Origin: Octopus sinensis
Taxonomy: Eukaryota
Direction of reading: 5' to 3'
Assembly (NCBI RefSeq): GCF_006345805.1
Contig: NC_043004.1
Location: 74,028,001 to 74,092,000 of the forward strand
DNA length: 64,000 nucleotides
In this document: positions 60,001-64,000 of the stretch, one piece after another
Numbering within the stretch: position 1 is the stretch's first letter
How the letters are laid out: every line of letters starts with the position of its first letter
The notes under the pieces: model-generated
Seen by the model: the letters and a program-made list of their open reading frames with translations, nothing else
What the model was told of the DNA's origin: nothing
The model's database searches: none
Made by a program: the position numbers and the translations under genes

Positions 60001-60304
60001 TCTAAGTTAAGAAGGGAACCCAGCAATTATAGAACCAATATTTGCTGACCATTACTCTGGACATTAAGTAACCTCAGACGATGAAGTATATACGGTGGGA
60101 GCATCTAATTTAAGAAGGGAACCCAGCAATTATAGAACCATTACTTGCTGACCATTAATCTTGATATTAAGTAACCTCAGACGATGAAGTATATACGGTG
60201 GGACCATCTAATTTAAGAAGGGAACAGGCAATTATAGAACCATTACTTGCTGACCATTACTCTGGGCTTTATTAAGTAATCTTAGAAGATGAAGTATATA
60301 CGGT
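1..60304. repeat. Tandem satellite array, 106-bp monomer, about 570-580 head-to-tail copies, truncated by the left window edge
   Basis: Consensus GGGAACCCAGCAATTATAGAACCATTACTTGCTGACCATTACTCTGGACATTATTAAGTAATCTCAGAAGATGAAGTATATACGGTGGGACCATCTAATTTAAGAA. Period measured directly: starts at 631 and 737, and at 46751 and 46857 (106 bp). All copies read in the same orientation, with no foreign insertion seen. Last repeat bases are ...TATATACGGT at 60304. Copy number estimated as length divided by ~105. Confidence 0.99.
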
Positions 60305-60401
60305 TCAAAATCCGTCGGGATAACAGCAAATGCGTCTCTATTTGTCTTACTTTTTCATTTCTCGCTTTCCTAATGGCAAACTGTATAGTTACCTGTGCGT
60401 G

Positions 60402-60434
60402 TATGTATGTATGTATATATATATATATATATAT
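60402..60434. repeat. (TATG)n/(TA)n microsatellite
   Basis: GTATGTATGTATGTATATATATATATATATATAT read directly. It abuts the putative 3' end of the minus-strand Penelope-like fragment. Confidence 0.9.
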
Positions 60435-60510
60435 TACAAAAAATAAGGTACTCCGAGAACTGGATAGTTGTACATATACAAATATTTATTAACATGTCAC
60501 ATGTTTTTAC

Positions 60511-60563
60511 AATTTACATCTAAGCACTTTCATCTACTCTACTAGAGTCTTCAGATTTAAATT
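60511..60563 (-). ncRNA. Candidate degenerate type I hammerhead ribozyme motif
   Basis: Minus-strand RNA: AUUUAAAU-CUGAAGA-CUCUAGUAGAGUAGAU-GAAA-GUGCUUAG-AUGUAAAU. Both core boxes are present. Stem I pairs 8 of 9, stem II is UCUA/UAGA, and stem III is short and near-palindromic (AGUGCU). The NUH cleavage triplet is out of register with stem I. Confidence 0.5.
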
Positions 60564-60710
60564 TTGTGAAGGGATTTGTCTCTTTTTATTGTATTAGTGA
60601 ATGGGTTGGGGTGTAGAGATAGGGGGGGAAAGAGTAATGTGGAGTGTATAGGGTAGGATAAGAGGGAGAGGAATGGGGAGAAAGTGAGAGAGAGTGTGTG
60701 TACGCCTGTG

Positions 60711-60853
60711 TATCTGAAAGGAAGCATTTTGAACAGGAGAGAAAGAGAAAAGGAAAAGAATATATATTTTTAAGTAGGTGGCTAGAACAGATGCTTGCTT
60801 TGGTTCAGCCAGCTTACCAGGGGGTCTGAAAGAAAAATGTTTTCAAAGTGAAA
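60711..60853. repeat. Left arm of a 143-bp inverted repeat (PLE 3' UTR segment)
   Basis: Ungapped reverse-complement match to 61823-61965, 132/143 identical by hand count. Looser similarity extends to about 60682/61989. Confidence 0.95.
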
Positions 60854-61054
60854 AAATATGTTTTTTCTTAATGTCAATGGAAAAGAGAAGGAAAGAAAGA
60901 AGAAAAAATGTGTTTATATCTATACAGTTGGTCAGTTCTTTCGACAAGTTGATTCTTGGTCTGTAAAAATAGCAAGACCAGGTGGTTACTGTAAGGTGAG
61001 GTCTGTTTTGATTAGGAATAATGAAAGTCATTTTTCAAAAAATTGCCTGGACTT

Positions 61055-61230
61055 ATCATCATCATCATCATCGTCCAATGCTTGGTTCCCAAGCTGGTAT
61101 GGGTTGGAAAATCCAGATGCAAGAATGTTTCTATTTATGTATATACATGCTAGCATATACATGTATATACATGTCCAACCCATGCTAGCATGGAAAACGG
61201 ACGCTAAACGATGATGATGATGATGATGAT
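61055..61230. mobile_element. Two oppositely oriented retroposon 3'-tail fragments ending in (GAT)n, facing outward
   Basis: Right arm TCCAACCCATGCTAGCATGGAAAACGGACGCTAAAC(GAT)7 at 61174-61230. Left arm (ATC)6 GTCCAATGCTTGGTTCCCAAGCTGGTATGGGTTGGA at 61055-61108, 24/36 identical to the reverse complement of the right arm outside the triplet tract. The right arm resembles a very common octopus repeat end (recalled, not searched). Confidence 0.65.
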
Positions 61231-61304
61231 ACACACACACACTTATGCATATATCTTTGGGTTCCAGATGGGTTTATAAGGAAGTTGATGTGATTTGCAT
61301 ATTT

Positions 61305-61400
61305 TCAGCCATTGAGTTTGGAGGAGAATTTTGCTATGAAGTGTTGTTCCATATTTTTTCTGAAGAAGGTGTCATTCCTTTGGCATATATAGAAGTGAAA
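61305..61400 (-). pseudogene. C-terminal 31 aa of a Penelope-type GIY-YIG endonuclease
   Basis: FHFYICQRNDTFFRKNMEQHFIAKFSSKLNG*, stop at 61305-61307. Continues in frame from the plus-strand fragment ending ...RFEIFHF. Confidence 0.8.
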
Positions 61401-61831
61401 TGAGAAATGTATTAAACAAATACTGCATAAGAAACAGTAAACGCCAAGAGAAAAAGCTGAAAAACCAACTGACAAGAGCAAAATTCTCATCAGAGAATGA
61501 AACCGAATTCTTTGTGAAAGAATGTGGAGATGGTAGATGTGGGATCTGCAGTAACGCCATCTACAAATATATAGAGAGAAACAACCAAATCAAATTTAAG
61601 AGTGAACACACATTCAAAGCAAATGCAAATATGAAATGCAAGACACAGAATTTAATATATTGCATAACCTGACCCACGTGCAAGACGAACTATATAGGTG
61701 AAACTGGTGATTCTTTATGCGAACGAGCCAGAATTCACCAACAACATATCCAACAGGGAGAGCTACAAAAAATTCTATTAAATAAACACTTAGAAATATG
61801 TGGACAAGGAAGATTCGAGATCTTTCACTTT
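61401..61831 (+). pseudogene. Penelope-like retroelement RT-EN linker plus GIY-YIG endonuclease fragment with a premature stop
   Basis: ORF 61400-61672 read through TGA (61670-61672, where Cys is expected) gives KRQEKKLKNQLTRAKF...CGDGRCGIC...CKTQNLIYCIT*PTCKTNYIGETGDSLCERARIHQQHI...HLEICGQGRFEIFHF. This has LIY...YIG, CxxC motifs, and the conserved Arg and His typical of PLE endonucleases. Confidence 0.9.
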
Positions 61832-61965
61832 GGAAAGATTTTTCTTTCACATCCGCTGGTGAGCTGGCCCAACCAAAGTAAGCATCTGTTCTAGCCACCT
61901 ACATAAAAATATATATTCTTTTCCTTTTCTCTTTGTCTCCTGTTCAAAATGCTTCCTTTCAGATA
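61823..61965. repeat. Right arm of the 143-bp inverted repeat (second copy of the PLE 3' UTR segment, plus orientation)
   Basis: Reverse complement of 60711-60853, 92% identical. Confidence 0.95.
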
Positions 61966-62339
61966 TACTTTCACACACTCTCTCACTTCCTCCCTCCACT
62001 AAGTTATCTCAAGAACGTAGATATAGATGGAGTGATGTAAAATATTATGCGGGAAAGCTGTTATCAACAACTGTTGTATTTGTTTCCATGTACGAATAAA
62101 TTTAGACTTATTGATTTGTTTCATATAGAAGAAATTTTGACAGTCAACCATATTTCTGCATTCTGTAGGTGGCAAGTAAAGAGGCTGGCTTCAAGAAAGA
62201 TCAACCAACTTTAAATTAAAACCTAAAGAGCAGAGCAACAACGAATGGATTAATTGTTAAAATATGGTTTGTTTTTCATATAAAATGGAAGAAAACTCGA
62301 AATATACACAAAATTACTGTTTGAAAGGGATCTCACATG

Positions 62340-62870
62340 ATTTTAGAGACAACACCCAAGTGTTCTAAAATTTGTATGAAATTGAAGGACACTTTAAGAA
62401 TGATCTGTGAAACACTGTCCAAAAGGTGGCCTCACTTTATGTTAGAAATAACAGTAACATTTGCATTCTTTTTCATAGAAAAGTGTAGCATAACTAAAAG
62501 TATTCTCCAATGAATTCATACCATGCTAGATACAACAGCCAGTGGCTCCCAATTGTGCATTGATTTTCATACAAAGTTGAGGACTCATAAAGAAGCATCC
62601 CATATGTGGTCATTCTTTATGCTAGAAGCAATAAGCAAGTGACACAAAATTCACTACATCGTATAACAATTGAAGGACACATAAGGATTTTATATATAAA
62701 ATCAAACAAGATATGTTCGTACACCATGCTAGAAACACCAGCCAATGGCCTTTAAATTTTTGTTCTTTTTCATAGAAGAGTAAAGAACATTTTCAGAAGC
62801 ATAGTTTTAATACTGATTTAAGTAGTCTAAAACCATGCTAGAAATACCAGTCAATGGCCCTGATATTTGC
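62340..62870. repeat. Old degenerate tandem repeat, 84-109 bp units with a weak ~290-bp superperiod
   Basis: ATG(C/T)TAGA motif at 62439, 62523, 62619, 62726 and 62835. AATTGAAGGACAC at about 62380 and 62668. TCTTTTTCATAGAA at about 62467 and 62764. Confidence 0.6.
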
Positions 62871-62914
62871 AACTAGGAAGGACATAGCTACCTCATTGTA
62901 TATTTCTGTATTTC

Positions 62915-63409
62915 TCTGTTCCCTCCCTCTGCTTCTCCTTATCTCTCTCTCTCTCTCTCTCTCTCATATTGTATAGCTCCGCCTCCCTGATTTCTCTCTC
63001 TCTCACCTCATACTCTCCCTCTCTCAATATGTATATATACAATTCACTTTATCTCTTCCCTATTTCTTTCTTTCTATCTTTCTCTCTGCCTCTTTTTTAT
63101 CCCCTCTCACCGCACACGCTCTCTCTTTCTCTCTCTCTCATTAAACATACATATTATTATTTCTTTTTTTCCCTCTCCCTGACACTTCATTACATACTGC
63201 CCCGCCTCTTTTTCTCTCTTATCGCGATGACTCCCTCTTTCGGTAAACCTATATATCACTTCCTTTTCCATCTTCTGTCAATCATTCTGACTCTCTCTCT
63301 CTTTCCGTCTTCCTTTTTCTTTCTCTCTCTCTCTTTCCCTCTCCCTTTCTCTTTACGTATCTATTCCAACCTACATTTGATTAGATCTTTCTTTCCCTCT
63401 CTCTCCTCA
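62915..63409. repeat. CT-rich low-complexity tract with (CT)n runs
   Basis: Strong pyrimidine bias. (CT)n at about 62943-62966 and several shorter runs. Confidence 0.85.
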
Positions 63410-63417
63410 ATATATAC

Positions 63418-63498
<81 letters not shown>

Positions 63499-63555
63499 AG
63501 TATATGTTTGTTTGTGTGTGTGTGTGTGTGTATGTATGTGTATATGTTTGTGTAT
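63410..63555. repeat. Compound microsatellite (TACA)n-(TA)~28-(TG)n
   Basis: Read directly. Pure TA run at about 63430-63487. Confidence 0.95.
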
Positions 63556-63763
63556 CTGTGTTTGTCCCCCCAACATCGCTTGACAACCGGTGCTGGTGTG
63601 TTTACGTCCCCGTAACTTAATTGTTCGGCAAAAGAGACCAATAGAATAAGTACCAGGCTTACAAAGAATAAGTCCTGGGGTCGATATGCTCGACTAAAGG
63701 CGGTGCTCCAGCATGACCACAGTCAACTGACTGAAACAAATAAAAGAGTAAAGAGTAAAAGAG
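63556..63763 (+). mobile_element. SINE-like short interspersed repeat (octopus-type) with an (AAGAGT/A)n tail
   Basis: CTGTGTTTGTCCCCCAACATCGCTTGACAACCGGTGCTGGTGTGTTTACGTCCCCGTAAC...GGGGTCGATATGCTCGACTAAAGGCGGTGCTCCAGCATGACCACAGTCAACTGACTGAAACAAATAAAAGAGTAAAGAGTAAAAGAG. Short simple-repeat tail. Matches my recollection of an abundant Octopus SINE; not database-verified. Confidence 0.7.
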
Positions 63764-63765
63764 AG

Positions 63766-64000
63766 AAGACCGGAATCCCTGAATGTGTGGAACTTGCATT
63801 TTGAATCTGGGATGCGATACAAGATACAAAGAAGAACAAAAGCGATTTGAATGTTGTATGGCTTGATCAGGTTAATGCTTATCGTTCTGTACTACACGAA
63901 TTGTTGCTGAAAACAACGGACGTCTTTTATATACGAGAAAAGATTAAGAATCTAATGAAGAGTTGCTGTAATGATTTCAAAATGCGCTTCAGGACAGAAT
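63766..64000 (+). pseudogene. Degenerate reverse-transcriptase fragment of a non-LTR retrotransposon (R2/NeSL/HERO-like group), running off the right edge
   Basis: KTGIPECVELAF*IWDAIQDTKKNKSDLNVVWLDQVNAYRSVLHELLLKTTDVFYIREKIKNLMKSCCNDFKMRFRTE, with a stop at 63802-63804. VVWLDQVNAYRSVLH corresponds to the RT motif (V)WLDL.NAYGSVPH. Confidence 0.8.

Larger units (their letters stand above)
60435..61400 (-). mobile_element. 3' portion of a Penelope-like retroelement (endonuclease C-terminus plus 3' UTR/pseudo-LTR), interrupted by an insertion at 61055-61230
   Basis: Minus strand 61400-61305 encodes FHFYICQRNDTFFRKNMEQHFIAKFSSKLNG*, a typical PLE GIY-YIG C-terminus (R..E..FI.KF.P.LN pattern). 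Downstream are pyrimidine-rich tracts, a hammerhead-like motif, AATAAA and a (TA)n flank. The 3' boundary is inferred. Confidence 0.75.

Noticed and set aside
1-60304. CRISPR-array interpretation
   Set aside because: There are no unique spacers: the whole unit repeats. No cas genes, and the context is eukaryotic.
60315-60328. GGGATAACAGC, resembling the I-SceI site and a conserved LSU/mitochondrial 16S rRNA motif
   Set aside because: Only 10-11 nt match and the flanks are not rRNA-like; consistent with chance.
60778-60966. Two similar peptides MARTDA.FG.AS.P...KEK.FQSE (60778-60966 + and 61614-61898 -)
   Set aside because: The similarity is simply the 143-bp inverted repeat read antisense to the element; no coding signal.
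61360-61400. Second CTGAAGA...GAAA pair on the plus strand; also CTGATGA on the minus strand near 61490
   Set aside because: Stem II does not close onto GAAA and no stem I forms. Both lie within endonuclease-coding sequence.
61400-61672. 90-aa ORF as a functional gene
   Set aside because: Its ATG straddles the inversion junction and it stops inside the GIY-YIG motif. It is a retroelement remnant.
62969-63641. ORFs 62969-63499 +, 63361-63576 -, 63381-63641 -, and 60289-60492, 60843-61031, 60858-61214, 61028-61240, 61372-61560
   Set aside because: Translations of microsatellite, low-complexity or non-coding repeat DNA (poly-YI, HT, S/L/F, H/D runs) with no domain-like content.

Overview
AT-rich eukaryotic DNA with no intact gene. 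Repeat motifs in the right flank match, from memory only, abundant octopus/cephalopod SINEs, so the taxon is an unverified inference. Bases 1-60,304 are one uninterrupted head-to-tail satellite of about 570-580 copies of a 106-bp monomer (about 37% GC), which runs off the left edge. Shared variant monomers show nested higher-order duplications at offsets of about 1.46, 2.87, 3.93, 3.99, 5.75, 12.3 and 16.1 kb. The array stops abruptly at 60,304. The last 3.7 kb holds decayed retroelements. (i) A Penelope-like element whose GIY-YIG endonuclease is split across the two strands: the N-terminal part is on + and the C-terminus plus 3' region is on -. The halves rejoin in frame at a shared 8-nt motif (TTTCACTT), and there is a 143-bp inverted repeat and a candidate degenerate hammerhead ribozyme. 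(ii) Two inverted retroposon-tail fragments. (iii) An old degenerate ~100-bp repeat. (iv) Microsatellites. (v) A ~210-bp SINE. (vi) A stop-containing non-LTR reverse-transcriptase fragment. I see no convincing new biological system. The most interesting items are the split Penelope endonuclease, the hammerhead candidate and the higher-order structure of the satellite.
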